A stretch of 64,000 nucleotides of DNA from contig NC_043003.1 of NCBI RefSeq assembly GCF_006345805.1, forward strand, positions 75,144,001-75,208,000, read 5' to 3'. Positions 1 through 16,344 of this stretch are shown piece by piece (the first letter of the stretch is position 1; every line of letters starts with the position of its first letter). The position numbers were made by a program, and so were the translations under genes. The stretch comes from Octopus sinensis. Lineage: Eukaryota. The notes under the pieces were generated by a model. The model saw only the letters and a list, made by a program, of their open reading frames with translations, was not told where the DNA came from and ran no database searches.

Positions 1-234
1 GGAATTACAACATCGATCTTTAAGTTTCACTTTAACAACTGGCGACAGAAAGAGAGAGAAAAAGGGACAGAAAAAAGAAAAAGAAACAGAACATTTCATC
101 AAACAGTTTTTGTAAAAATTTGATGGTAATTTCCTAACTTCGTATTCATTCCTCCAAGGCGTGATGTTAATAATCCGCAAACATATTTCTTTTAAGGAAG
201 AAACGAACAGGAACAAAAAAAAACCCCAGAAGAA

Positions 235-921
235 TCATGGCAAGAAAAGAAAATGTATGCTCAGTTTGCAGGACATATGAACGGCAAGACAGATACAGAA
301 GACAGGCGGCCGTGGTTCAGGAAGAGTGACCTGATGCCAGCTGAATTATAAGCGTTAACGACCAATTCTATGAAGTGCAGAGTAGACAACACTGACGATA
401 TCAACGAACGAAGAATGTTTGGTGAATGGTATGAAACGTTTGGCATATCGTTCACGAATGCCTTAAATCGGCACAGCGCGAATACAAAAGATGCCATGAC
501 AATATGGCAAGAGTGATCAGTTGGGATCTCTGTGCAAATCAGGGCCTACAAATAGTAATAACGTGGTATAGGAAAACCCCAGAAGGATGCAATGTTTCTC
601 TGCGATCGCCCGGTCAGACATTGTTGTAGTGAATAAGAAAGGAAGAACATGTATGTTAATGGACATAGTATGCCCGATGACAAGGTGGATCAATCTGAAG
701 GAAGAGGAAAAAATAAGCGATTATGCCGATTTGAAGTGGGAAATAAGAAGTGTGTCTTCTATAAACAGAGTAGACGTGAGGCCAATAGTAATTGGTGCAA
801 TTGGAAATATCAGCATTCAACTACCAATATGGTAGAAAATATTCGGTGCAAGTGTGACGGTAGAGCACCTAAAATATCAGCATTATTTGGAACTGCAAGA
901 ATTCTTCGCAGGGTTCATTAA
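235..921 (+). mobile_element. R4/Dong-like non-LTR retrotransposon, degenerate 3' fragment (restriction-like endonuclease domain)
   Basis: Translates to RSDIVVVNKKGRTCMLMDIVCP...KEEEKISDYADLKWEI...PIVIGAIG, the PD-(D/E)xK RLE motif; upstream W.EKKM..QF...W...SDL; a (TAA)n tract follows the 3' UTR. Confidence 0.8.
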
Positions 922-1020
922 GCATGACCAGTAATCAAATGTCACCTTAGTCTGCTGACTGTAACGGGCTGACCCTTTCCTGCTTACGCAGCAAAATCAG
1001 CTGTGAGTTTTCATATAATA

Positions 1021-1021
<1 letters not shown>

Positions 1022-1080
<59 letters not shown>

Positions 1081-1106
1081 TAATAATAATAATAATAATT
1101 AATAAC

Positions 1107-1137
<31 letters not shown>
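1022..1137. repeat. (TAA)n microsatellite
   Basis: Direct reading; lies between two LINE fragments. Confidence 0.95.
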
Positions 1138-1138
<1 letters not shown>

Positions 1139-1530
1139 GACTTTATAGTGCCGGTTCAATAAGCTCTGACCTTGAGCTCCCACGATAAAGCATTCTTTCT
1201 CTGTATTTAGCCCTAAGCTTCCTAGCCACTGATGGGTGTGCTTGTGGTCTTTATCAGTCTGTTTCTTAAGGGCCACATATTTGCTCTGCAGAGGTGGCTT
1301 TACCCCCACCTATCAGCCAATTGTTCAAACGCATTTTCTCCGGTATTGTTTTCTTTGCAACCATAGTTGCTGCAACTTCATTATGATGGGTGTGATACAT
1401 AAACTCCTCTGAAACTTTTTGCTCTAATCCATAAACAGAATGAAGCTTCTTACGGCTTTCGTTGTTTTCAACGAGCTTAACATCCAATCGTTAAATGTTT
1501 CAAGATATTTTGCCAGTTCAATTCTGATGG
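1138..1530 (-). mobile_element. R4/Dong-like LINE fragment (post-RT region)
   Basis: HQWLGSLGLNTEKECFIVGAQGQSLLNRHYK matches RSSGLKSETEGFLIAAQDQSLPTRIY of the copy at 15.5 kb. Confidence 0.7.
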
Positions 1531-1604
1531 TTTTGAAAGAGATTTCAGCATTATAAGATCAAAAGTGCTGACAAGTGATACAAGCACCACCCTAAGGCTG
1601 TAAT

Positions 1605-1984
1605 TAGGGAGAAACTATAACGATCCTTTGGGACTTTTTAGTATGTACAGACATGACCATCAAAGTAAATAAATCAGACATGGTTGTGAAAGGTTAAAAT
1701 GATATAGTCGGTTTATTGATTGACATGAGCGTACTCTATGACAAAAATATTTTGCCAAAAGAATTTGATAAACTCAGAAAATATATCTATATATGCCACT
1801 CGAAATCGGAAAAACGTGGAATTTCAAGTCGATTACAATACCAATTGCCGGTGGATTTGGAATGATCAAAAAGGGGACTGAAAATTATTTAAGAATTATC
1901 CCTGGCTTAGCAACCATGAGGAAAGTGCAAAAGATTGTCTTTAGTGGTACGTTACAGGCACTAAGCAGAGCATTGTCGCTGTGA
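1605..1984 (+). mobile_element. R4/Dong-like LINE 3' end fragment (RLE)
   Basis: ILWDF..TD..IK.NKSDMVVK and IGKTWNFKSITIPI.GGFGMIKK...VQKIVFSGT..LSRAL. Confidence 0.7.
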
Positions 1985-2419
1985 ATGTTCTTTTCTCTTT
2001 GCCCATTTATTTTGTTTGTTTCCTATTTTTTCCATTTCTTATCCGTCTTACGTTCCCTTTTTTCTAATCACGGGACTGTATAAATAGATAATCTGGTGTG
2101 TTTATTCTAATGACCTACCAATGTGTACAGTGGGATTTTCTACCCTAGGTTTCAGGAAGAAACCTGGCAAGAAATGGAAATAGAACTGAATGAAGATGAT
2201 AACGAAAAAATTATCTTAGTAATAATAATAATAAAATTGTAGTATTCAACTCTGATTATATGTTCCTCAATATTACAAAGTATATATATAATAGACACTT
2301 TGATAATGAAGCGCTGGTTAGTGGTTTCCTTACATGGAATACTTCTAGTGCAGATGCATATGTTTTACGTTCAAAATGTTTCAAAAATGCTTCACAAAAA
2401 CTTACGAAACAAAAAGATT

Positions 2420-3120
2420 ATAGGCTCCAATAACATCCCAGTGATCCTCTCGAAGAATATATTTGCTACAAACGACATCAAGCAGAAGAGATCAAAATAT
2501 CATCTTAGGACGGTGACAATTTTACCTTCAGAGGTAATTTACTTTGATATCTGGAATGCTTGCTTACATTATCTGAGGTTATAGAATTCTAAGTTAATCT
2601 GTTTCTTATTGCAAAGGAGGTGGAATATGAAAATAACAATTCGTGAATTCTTCGGAGCATGTGTAGGAAATATAACCGAGGAGCCGTAACCTGAATGATG
2701 ATGAAGATTCAGTTTTGCTTTGATTGAACATAAACAAACCTTTCATGGGGCGAAAAATGAGATGAAAATATGCTAGGAATTGCTATTGTGTTGAATTCCA
2801 AAGAATGTCAGATGTTAAAATTGGAAGAAATCTCCACAGCATTAGAGGCCGAAGACCACACAAGTATAATAAATTTTATGCAGAGAAATGTATGACATGA
2901 AGGATCTACCAAAAGAAATGCGCATCAGTGCCTTTGGCATTGTGAAATATTTCTCGCATGTGGAATCTAGACAAAGGAAGAAAAACATTGCATTTGTGAT
3001 CAAGATATAATATTTATATATGGTTAACAACAGAATTTCCGTTAGTCAGCATATTTGGACTTCAACCATATATGGTGGATGCATTATTACAGATCACAAT
3101 GATACTACACAATAGAGTGA
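2420..3120 (+). mobile_element. Highly decayed BEL/Pao-like integrase remnant
   Basis: EHKQTFHG (HHCC-like) followed by MKDLPKEMR..AF...KYF, resembling M.DLP.ER...PF...DYFGP; many stops. Confidence 0.3.
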
Positions 3121-6100
3121 AGCAAAATTATACAGCAAATAATTATTGCATAACGCACTAACATCTTGGCTTAAATGTAGGGATAAAATATTTTATAAAA
3201 TTATATTTGATCATTCATTTTTCAAAATAATTTCCCTTGGAACTTGAATCATATACTACAATTAACGCATTTATACAAAAAATAGCGTTTGTAAAAACCC
3301 TGGTGACATGCCTGATAATATTCTAAGAGGAGATTTTCACAAAGACTAGACAAAATTGATAAATTTATATACGAGATCAGTAACTGTGTATCATTTTATA
3401 ACTATGTTCCATGAGCAAGGCCTAGTGCAGCCATATCTAGTCAGTTATCCTATGCCGTTGAAGTGAATTAACCCAGAAAGCAAGGACCGAGGGACCGTTT
3501 AAGACTGAGTGGGGACATTAGCTCCTTTATTCGATGTGTAAGGATGCAGTTGTGCCTCGGTAAACAGCTGGAAAAGATGTTTCGGTTCGGCTAAAAAACG
3601 TAGTAACAGCGTCTTAATCATCGTTGCCTATATAAGGAACGAAGTAACTAACCAAATGATATTTTATATATGAAATGTGGAAATTATTAACCACATTGTA
3701 TTTGACTGCCAAAGCCTAATGAACACTCACATCGACACAAGAAAGAAGATTACTAAACAGAGGTTATTTCGTCGAATTTAGAAGGTTGGCAAGTAATTTA
3801 TAGCATTTGTGTAGTTTGAATTCAAAAGCTGAATATATATATATATATAATATATATATATATACATATATATAAATTAGAATCCTACCATTTTAAGTTA
3901 AAGCATTTCACATTCAGAATTCACTGAAATTAATGTATATGCAAATAACGATAAAGACTAACAAGCTAAACGTGATATATATTCTCCGCGTGATATTAAT
4001 GCAAATTTGGATACCATGAGTCAGACGACACAAGGTGGAATACATTTTGTATGATATACCGAGTTATAGATATTGTGAATGAAATCTGTATGAACTATAA
4101 TTGCCTTTCATCTCTTATCGACCGATAAATGTTGATTAAAACACGGAAGTGAATTTCATACGAAAATATATTCTTAGTACATTTCTTTAAAATGATATAT
4201 TCTTAGAGCATTTGCTTATGTATAAGTAATTTTTAAGCTGAAGACCGTCTGAAATTGCCCTAATAATATTGATATAATTCTTTAAATAGCTTTACCCTAT
4301 GCGTTGAAACCACTGGAGCTAACTCCGATATTCACTTGTTCGTTAAGGTTAACAATTATTTGATTGCAATGTATCGAAGTTTGAACACCATATAACGCCC
4401 ATATATTTGCGGAAACTGAAATTATTTACACACTCAGCGAAAATACACTCCGATTTTAAAATTATATAATATATATTAAAGATGCTATGAAGATGGATGA
4501 AGGGAAACATTATAGTGGTAAGGGAATTGAGTTAAACTATATAGAAAACAGTAAAGATTATATTTCTAATATTTTTCTGTGTACTTTTCTCGACTCACTA
4601 GATATGCTTCCCTGATATGTTTCCATTAACACCCTGATTCGTTTTTCGCAAAGAATTTGTGATAAACTGGTTAATGCATCTGTTCCAATATTCTAGTTTA
4701 TTAGTGATTGTCACGGCCAGCATAAAATTGAAGGGTAGTCCATTTATAAAGAGATGACTCGAAATAGCAAGCAGAGCTATAATGAGCTGCATAACATATA
4801 ATTCGGAGTCTCACTCTAGTTACTTCGAATTAATTTAACCTTTATGACATATAAAAAAACGTATTTTACTTCTCTGAATTTTTCCCTCGGATAAAGATGT
4901 GAAAAGCTTTTGCCACAATCATCTAAAGACTAATAACTAAACATCCCAATATTTATTTAAGATTCACATCTTATTAGCAGAATAATTCTTTAAACCTAAA
5001 ATATAAAAATATATGCATTATAAATATTTACATACAGCCATGTGTCTTCAGATACACGGTTGTATGACAAATACTGTAACTGGTTTGTTAAATGCTTAGA
5101 TATATTATCAATTCGAACTTCACAATGAAGGTCTGTTTCACCGTTATGTACTTGTATCTGTTTCAGTGTGATCAGCATGTGGTTAATGTATAAGGTTTAA
5201 TTAATTTCAGGTTTTTGTGGTCTTTGACAGCAAGATTAATTAGCAAAAATGTAATATTTATTTCCAAGAACGGAGAGTTGAAAATCTGATATTTGAATTT
5301 GAATGCGTGTATGTGAAACTGAGAATTTGAAAATAACATTGTTGTTATATGAGAACACTATTAACGCTGAGTTGAATTAATGGAATTTGTGAGTTCCATT
5401 CAATAGATCACGTTGCCTTCAAAAACGAAGAAATTTACAATATGAAATGAGAAAACATATTGTCACATTTCAGGTGAAATTGAAGTGAAGAGAAAAAAGT
5501 GCTAAAAACTGTGTGCTGTAATAACGAGCTCTGTTGCCATTAGAACATTTTAGAATTTCATGGTGTGTGAAAAAATTAAAGAAAACAGGAATTATTTCAC
5601 AAACGAACTTGATAGAAAGTTTATATTCTATGCACAATTAGACAATATTTAAATCTGCATCTAAGAAGTCCTCTATGATGTGACTAAAACTCGAGAAAAT
5701 AAATTACTGATGTATTCCGTACTTCCTTGACAAAAATATTGAGTACATCTGCACATATTCGAAATGAACATTAAAAAAGATGCTAGGTTGTCGAATTCAA
5801 TAATTAGATGAAAGAAATGTCTTCATGATTTTCTTGGCGTTCATATACATTCTAAGTTCCAATCTAAATTTAAGAATTATAATGCATCGTTTTTGTCGAT
5901 AAAAGTTTTGTCCATCTGAAGATTGCGGATAACTTTAAGAAAACTATATATTATCCAAAATTTCTCATGTTACAAATGTCCATGTCATTTTGTATGAGAA
6001 TATATTTAACATGTAAAATCTTGTGCAGATTCGAAAATTTGGAAATGATAGAGAGTAAATAACGTAATGCCATTGTTACCAAGGTGTTCATGAATCAGTG

Positions 6101-7206
6101 ATGATGCAGAATATTCATCAAGATGAATTGTAGGTAAACTAGAATTGAGTACTGCTTACATCTCACGTTTCAAACTTATTAAACATCATTGATAAAATTC
6201 TTAAATGCTAAGAAGCATAAATTCTGTGTATTTATATCCAATTATTATATCATAATTCTCTTTAATCAACAAGTACAAAAATGTTAAATTGGTGCATTCA
6301 TATGTCATAGCCAATGAGTATAGTATTAGGAAGGATTAAAACCACAGATCAAAAGAACAAAAACTTTTTTAATAACAATTTGAACATTCATATGGGAATT
6401 CTGAAGGCTCTCGTCATCTGTTATGAGTTATATTATGAATTAATTCAATTTATTATCTATACATTTTACTTATAAGTTCATGGTATAAATGAGGAATGAG
6501 AAATAGAAAGAAAGGTAAAATTAATCGAGAACCGGAACAAATGCACATTCACATTTAAAGTAATTGCACAGTCGCTTTAACAATCGTTCCAAGGTAGATT
6601 AAACTGTATTCAGGAGCGATTGAAAAGCATGTTCCACGTGTTAAGTTTGATAAATAACTTGCAAATGCAATTAGAAAAAAACACTACAAAATGTATGTGT
6701 TCACTTGTATGTTATTGTCAGTACTGTAATATTCTAGTCGCCCCTATAATATTGTGGCGGTATTCCGCATCTTACCATCTTTGACTCGCCTATCGTGCTA
6801 TCGCTGATAGCTCTGCAAAGTAATACTTTGAAACGTCGACCTTCACAGTAACTCGAACTCGTATATATCGTGATACCTTTTCCAATTGAGAACTCGTACA
6901 ACGACTCTACTACTACTGAAGTTCTACAACGACTGCCTGACTTATAGTGGCTGATTGTTAACACTTTGTCACGTGAGAAGGGTGGGTACCATTTTCACTA
7001 CAACAATTTAACAAATAGAAAATTAGATAAGTAATATAAAATGTTCATTATGAGTACTGTCGGGGATGCACCAAGTTGCAACCTGTGCTAAGCTTAACTT
7101 ACCAGTAACATTCACATTTCATGGTCATTATACTATAGGGCGTCTCGAGATATACGTCTCAGCAATTAAGATTCGGCATAGAAAATCAGGTCATAACATT
7201 AATTTC

Positions 7207-7618
7207 GGATCTTTTCGGTTTGAACGGCAGTTTTTTAAAATATATTCCACGTAACTGAACACTTTTAAACTTCGTATACTGGTAGAATGTGTTTATAAAA
7301 CATCTTTTTCTCTTGGTTTTATTGAAAAATTCTACATTTTGTAAGTTATTTGCTGTTTTCTTTCCTTCAATTTCTGCAATTTCAACCAATCAATGACGTC
7401 TATTGAGGTGAAAACATTCTGTGTCGTATGAATATGTCCCTCGTTTAAGAAACAGATTGGGTTTATTTACATTTCTGAAGAAAAAATACCCTTCCCCCAC
7501 TCTAACCCTAACCCTCAATCAGATTGAAATGCAATAGATCGATACTAGGGTCATAATTACGGGTGACAATTTCATATGACACCGCTAGAAAAAGCTGCCG
7601 CTCAAACCGAACAGGTCC
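7207..7618. mobile_element. MITE with ~30-bp TIRs and internal CTAACC telomere-like motif
   Basis: Left GGATCTTTTCGGTTTGAACGGCAGTTTTT versus right reverse complement GGACCTGTTCGGTTTGAGCGGCAGCTTTT; flanks TTAATTTC/TTAATTTT (7/8); same family as 24273-24877. Confidence 0.7.
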
Positions 7619-8407
7619 TTAATTTTCTTCCATATATTGAAGGACTAAGCATTGTGTATTGACATATTTTGACATTATTGCAAGTGTCAGTTAGACTGTA
7701 TTGCTATAATTGTTAGGGCTTGTCTTCTATCTCAATCGTATGTTAGCATCAAAGTAAACTTAACATTTATCCTATTTGCCCAGCGATCAAACAATAAGTG
7801 ATTTACTGTTTCTTATCACTTTCTTACTCTCACAATACTATCACTCAATTGTAAACGAATTGAGTACCATCGGGCCCGAAGATGGTTGTGGTTTAAATAA
7901 AGAACAGATAAACATTGTAAATAATTCTTATTTCTTAATCAATTATGAAAATTTTTGAATTAGGAAACCACAAAATGAAAAACAGAAATATTACAAATAT
8001 AATAATCATTGTGTTCTATGAACACATGCTTATTATTAAAGGTAAAAGATAAGAATTTATAAGAACATGATAATATGTAGAGAAAGAAATTAACACTGCA
8101 GTGTGAAAACAAAAACGTACGTAATATCACGCATAAACGTTTGTAAACATATGTATATGACATGCAATTTCTATAGGTGCATAATACTCACACATATGCT
8201 ATTATGTATAGACGTATATACGTATCAAGCTATACAACGACAATATCCACTTAATCAATACGTTTATGTAGAGAATGATATTTATAGCTTACAAGTATAT
8301 AAATTTATATATATATAGGAAAGTGCACCATTAAATATATTCACATAAAGGCAAGCATCTTAGTTTTTCGCGTTCAAAAACACATATATCTTCGCACACA
8401 TACATAT

Positions 8408-8458
<51 letters not shown>

Positions 8459-8479
8459 AATAAATATATATATATATAA

Positions 8480-8579
<100 letters not shown>

Positions 8580-8616
8580 TAGATAAGAAAGTTTGTTTGG
8601 TAAAGCACGTGGGTGA

Positions 8617-8975
8617 ATATATAAGAAAATAGTAAAGTGTGAAAAAACGACAGAAGGTTTAAATGATAAAAAATATATATATTTGTGTCAAAATGTCTGG
8701 AGAATATTGGAAAAATTTTTTTTTCCCTTTCCTTAAAATGACATAATTTTAAAATTTTTAAAGAAATTACCGGTTTCGCGTGTAGCTTTTCAAATTTCTT
8801 GTGAAAAGCTACACGCGAAACCGGTAATTTCTTTAAAAATTTTAAAATTATGTCATGTTAAGGAAAGGGAAAAAAATTTTTCCAATATTCTCCAGACATT
8901 TTGACACAAATATATATATTTTTTAACATTTAAGCCTTCTGTCGTTTTTTCACACTTTACTATTTTCTTATATAT
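8617..8975. repeat. Long fold-back (~175-bp arms, 9-nt loop) between (TA)n tracts, copy 1
   Basis: ...TTACCGGTTTCGCGTGTAGCTTTTCA-AATTTCTTG-TGAAAAGCTACACGCGAAACCGGTAA...; arms have only a few mismatches. Confidence 0.9.
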
Positions 8976-8980
8976 ATATA

Positions 8981-9021
<41 letters not shown>

Positions 9022-9035
9022 TATATATATATAAA

Positions 9036-9128
<93 letters not shown>

Positions 9129-9169
9129 TAGATAGATAAGAAAGTTTGTTTGGTAAAGCACGTGGGTGA

Positions 9170-9528
9170 ATATATAAGAAAATAGTAAAGTGTGAAAAAA
9201 CGACAGAAGGTTTAAATGATAAAAAATATATATATTTGTGTCAAAATGTCTGGAGAATATTGGAAAAATTTTTTTTTCCCTTTCCTTAAAATGACATAAT
9301 TTTAAAATTTTTAAAGAAATTACCGGTTTCGCGTGTAGCTTTTCAAATTTCTTGTGAAAAGCTACACGCGAAACCGGTAATTTCTTTAAAAATTTTAAAA
9401 TTATGTCATTTTAAGGAAAGGGAAAAAAATTTTTCCAATATTCTCCAGACATTTTGACACAAATATATATATTTTTTAACATTTAAGCCTTCTGTCGTTT
9501 TTTCACACTTTACTATTTTCTTATATAT
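9170..9528. repeat. Long fold-back, copy 2 (direct duplication at 553-bp offset)
   Basis: Nearly identical to 8617-8975; one difference noted (GTCATGTTAAGG versus GTCATTTTAAGG). Confidence 0.9.
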
Positions 9529-9599
9529 ATATATATATATATATACGAAGGGCGTTTTTTTCAATCAGCGATCGTGAAGTATGAACTTCTGGCTTCATA

Positions 9600-10920
9600 T
9601 TTCTATCTTTTTACTTGTGTAGCAAGAGTGCTCCTATTCCATAATCCGAATAATCAGATACTACAGCAATGTCCATTCTAGGATCGAATTGCGCTTGTGA
9701 CAAGTAAGAAATGAATATTTTCTTCATGTATTCAAATGCATTTTGGCACGTTACTGGCCAATTCCATTTTACTTCTTTTTTTTGTAATTTGTTCAATGGT
9801 GTTCAATTGGAATGTACTGTCGAAAGTAATCTACTATTCATGGTAAGCTTGTAATATCGGTATATTCGTTAGAGGATGGATATTATTGATTGCGTCTGTC
9901 ATCAACTGTTCAGGACGTGTTTCATTCTTATCTATGATTTGGCGTAGGTATTTGATTTTAGGTAAAAACAATTTCACACTTCTCTTCCCTGAGTGTGAAA
10001 ACACAATCCTTTGTATTTTTATTGACACACTTCACGAGTTTGAAATGCTCATTCTGCGATTCGCTTTTGTGTAACACTTCATCAACGTAAATAATAACAA
10101 ATTGTGATTTTGCCAACATTGCGTCTATCGTCTATTGAAATATTGCTGGCCCTAATTTCAGTCCAAAAGGTAGTCTATTTCATTTGTATAGAACTCTGTG
10201 CATGTTGAGCGTTAACAATTTTGAGAATTTTAATCTACTATGATTTCTGTGTATGCGTCAGAGAAATCGTGTCTTGAAAATGATTTTTCTCCGTTGAGTT
10301 TTGTAAAAATATTTCCTAGTGTCGGTTGTGGATAATGGTTCATATTTAAACAGTCATTTAAACTGGTCGAAATAATGGTACACAGTCTAATTCTGTTATT
10401 TTATCTTTTTTATACATACAGCCCTAGCTGCCTAATTCACGCAATCCACATTTTTAATGATTCCGGTTTTTTTCTAATCTGTCATCCTCATCGTCCACTT
10501 ACTTTATTGCCGCAAAAGAACTTCCCTGGTAAGCTTGATCAGAGGTGTAACGTTATCACCTAATTCAAAACAAGCTTCAGATTTTGGAAATAGACCTAGT
10601 TTGTCGGAGAATACTTGCAGAAACATTTTTTTTCCTCAACACTTCACACGAATCAGATTTAGGGGAAGAACCATTTATGTTTTTACGAATCGAGATTTAT
10701 GGGGGGGGGGTCTCATGATTCGATTACTAACAAATCAGTACCAAACAGATCTGTTCATTTTTGACGACGAAAACTTTCACCTTGCAGGTTTTTCCTCGAA
10801 ACGTGACATTAGTTTACAGACTATGAGATATAATTTGCCGCCCGTGACGCTAAGAACAGATTTTGCTGTTTTGCTCAGCATAGGTTTCCCTATTTTCCTC
10901 CATATTTGTTATTGAAATAT
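9600..10920 (-). mobile_element. Ty3/Gypsy LTR retrotransposon pol remnant (RT and RT-RNase H connector)
   Basis: LNDCLNMNHYPQPTLGNIFTKLNGEKSFSRHDFSDAY; KIKYLRQIIDK; WNWPVTCQNAFE..K...D.SDYGIGALLLH; frameshifted. Confidence 0.85.
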
Positions 10921-11058
10921 CACCTCCAGCATTTAATTGATGTTTAATATGTATTAAATATATTTTTACATTTACGAATTTTCGTATTTGAGAGTCGATT
11001 TTTGTTTCTACTGAGAGTATATATGAATATATATGTACACAACACACACACATACACT

Positions 11059-11101
<43 letters not shown>

Positions 11102-11137
11102 ATGGAGTTGAACGATGTTATTAAAGTTCTTTTTCTT

Positions 11138-11180
<43 letters not shown>

Positions 11181-11296
11181 CGCCATGATAGATTGGAAAC
11201 GTTACAAACTTTTTCAATTCCCGAGCGTTATACTAATATATCTGTTTCTTTTCTGCACCGCCTGACTTCGTGTTTTCGTGAATTCTCCCTATATAT

Positions 11297-11332
<36 letters not shown>

Positions 11333-11781
11333 ACAACGTATATGAGTTTATACACGGGAACCATGTGGAGTCCTACAATGCTAGAAACAGCAGTCAAAAC
11401 CCAATCCACTTAAGATGTATTCTTACATTGCACATTGCTTGAAGGACATTAGGCAATCAATAATTAACCATCCGTGGCTCGTCAGTAAGGTCGCTGGAAA
11501 ATGCATAATTATGAAACAATAATAAGTACGGAAAACACGATCTATACACTGCGAACTTAGCTCCATATTTATTCATCAAGAATTGAAAGTGAATGCTCCT
11601 AATCAACGTACAGACACAGAGAAGCATAGTAATGAATAAATTCACCGTATGTTATACAACCGAGGAATTTTAATATTTAGTTATATAAACACAGGGTAAA
11701 AATTATCAAATTAATAATTAATAGCAGTGGATAGCATGCGTAATAAAAGTCAGAATACATAAATATTTTTATAATATGATA

Positions 11782-12382
11782 GTGTATGAGAGTTTATACA
11801 CGGAGAGGAAAAAACCATTTGGATTCCTTACATGCTAGAAAGGGCAGTCAAAACCAAACCACGAAACAGATATTCATGCATTAATCGTTGCTTGGGGGAC
11901 ACTTGAATGAATACAAATCTCACTTAACACTATACCCATGAGTTTCACCATTAATGATCATATAAATTAATTACTTAATTGATTAATTAACCATCCGTAG
12001 CTCCCTGTATTATATTGTTAAATATCTTAATTCTGAGGTTAGATAATATACAGTGAACTTACTCACGGATATACTACTCTGACTTTGTACATTGACTGGG
12101 GGCATTTCACTTGAATTCTTGATGTATAAATATAGAAATATATGCGCCCGTGTGTACTTTTTGCTTTCGCTACCTATTATAGTTTCATAATAATGCATAT
12201 TCCAGTGACCTTACTGGGGAAATTCATGGGCATAGTGTTAACTGAAAATTTTATTCATTCAAGTTTCGTACCAGCAACGTGAAATGTAGAATACGTCTTT
12301 CGTGGTTTGGGTTTAACTGCACTTTCTAACATGTAAGATATCCACATGTTGGTGACCTCTACGTGTATACACTCTTATACAC
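11782..12382. repeat. Imperfect inverted repeat (~100-bp arms); third direct copy near 11340-11480
   Basis: GTGTATGAGAGTTTATACACG...CATGCTAGAAAGGGCAGTCAAAACCAAACCACGAAA is matched in reverse at 12290-12382. Confidence 0.6.
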
Positions 12383-12399
12383 AATTATATTATAAATAT

Positions 12400-12690
12400 A
12401 TGTAGGGTGCCCCCCTTCGGTAATGAATGACCATAGGATTGCACCAAGAAAATTGCTTTCCGTGGTCCGGTTGCCTAGGAAAGACCAACAGTCATCTATA
12501 CAAGCCAGCCTCACCACCCCTCACCACAGATGTTATCCAAGGGAAAGTCAAAGGCCGATACAGCTAGGCACCAGTGATGCCGCAGCTCATTTCTACGATT
12601 GAGTGGAGTGGAACAACATGAATCTGGAATCGGACTCACAATCTCACAATCGTAAGCTCGGCGCTCAAACTATTGAGTCATGCACGCATG
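12400..12690 (-). mobile_element. Degenerate tRNA-derived SINE
   Basis: Minus strand begins GCATGACTCAATAG (A-box-like) ... GTGAGTCCGATTCC (B-box-like), followed by a GC-richer body. Confidence 0.5.
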
Positions 12691-13009
12691 CAGACATACA
12701 CACACACACACACACATATATATATAATGTAATCTAGATTCAGGTACTTGAATTAGATATTTAAATTGAGACGCATTTTTTAGGATTAACTTTTTTGCAC
12801 ACTCAGACAATATTAGATGAATATCAACTGAATTTGAGATTTCTTTCTAACCTTTATATATATCTATATTGTACCTTAAGCGTATAAGTCAGTGGTTTTC
12901 AACTCGTTTGAGGTCAGTGCGCACTTGAACCCCGACAAATAATTGTGGGCGCACCATATACATATTTGTAAGCTAAATAACAGAAAACAACACATACCTT
13001 AATATTCTT

Positions 13010-14160
13010 CATTATTGAGTTCATGGGAAACATTCGGTCGATATGTCTTGGCAATTTCTTCTATGTTTGGGCGTATTTTTGAAAGACAGACTCGCATTTC
13101 TGTATCAATACTTGTAAGTGTTCCTCACTTTTTGTACTTGATAGTAGAAAGAGTGGAAAATCTAAATTCACATAGATATGAAGTTGAAAATTGCAGCAAA
13201 ATTGTGAGAGTTTTTTACATCGAAACATATTCATCTGCTACAGAAATCCAGAAAGTGTCAATTCCTTGTTTCACCATTAATCCACGGTCAGTAGATATAG
13301 CAGCGAGTTCCTCTTTTTCTATTAATGTTAATTCGAAATCATTGTAAGTATCCACGAATGGGTTTCTCATCCAGTCATGGTGTTCAGTTTTCAGTGATGG
13401 GAAATACGAACTCAATTTTTCTTCGAAGCTTGTTAAATACTCATATATTGACAGGAGTGTTTCATTTATGCCTGTTGCACTTTGACTTAACAAACGAAAC
13501 ATTTCCAAATTCCCTTTCGACAGATTTTCGCTCCCAAATCTTAAGTTTTCTTTGGAAAGCTTTCATTTTGTAAGTGAATATTAGAATACTTTCTTCTTTC
13601 CTTTGCATGCTAGTATTTAAAATATATCGGCCAAATACTGTAACCAGGCAATCCAAAATTCAGTACGAAGAAGGTCACAAAAATTTGATTGTTTCACTTC
13701 TGCGAAGAACGCAAGAAGTACGTGTCGTAGCTCGTGTACACGGATAAGTATTTTCTACTTGACAACCACCGTACTTCAGTGTGTAAAAACAGCCGTTTGT
13801 GTTGATAATCCATATCGGTAAAAGAGTTCGAATATACCAGATTTGATAAAATTTGCCATCGGAAGAACTTGATCTAATACTTCTTTTAGTTACTCTCCTA
13901 TTGTGTTTGCCATCAAGGCCTCTCTATGAAGAAAGCAGTGAGTAGCGATAACATAGTCATTCTGTTATTTTATAAAAGCTGTGATACCCTTAACACAGCC
14001 TACCATGGAAGAGTCTCCATCTGTACAAATATCCACACATGATTTTCATGATAACTGCCATTTACGAAAGTATGTATTCAGCAAAAAAGAAACTGATTTA
14101 CTGTTTGATCTTCTTCGATAAAATGAATGAATGCTAAGAGATGCACTAGGTGATTGCTTG
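13010..14160 (-). pseudogene. Disrupted hAT Buster-type transposase, C-terminal part (FAM200/ZBED5-like)
   Basis: DWMRNPF...EELAAISTD...FWISVADEY...TSYLCEFRFSTL..IK...MRVCLSKIRPNI, the hAT dimerization region; stops and frameshifts. Confidence 0.8.
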
Positions 14161-14165
14161 AACTT

Positions 14166-16298
<2,133 letters not shown>

Positions 16299-16344
16299 GA
16301 ATAATAATAATAATAATAATAATAGTAATAATAACAACAACAAC

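Noticed and set aside
5500-5900. Weak hAT dimerization-domain-like residues
   Set aside because: Too degenerate, and no TIRs found.
6725-7005. Possible solo LTR (TGT...ACA)
   Set aside because: No matching TSD and no second copy in the window.
7850-7930. CCGAAGATGG followed by a Penelope-like tail
   Set aside because: No GAAA or stem III, so it cannot be called a ribozyme.
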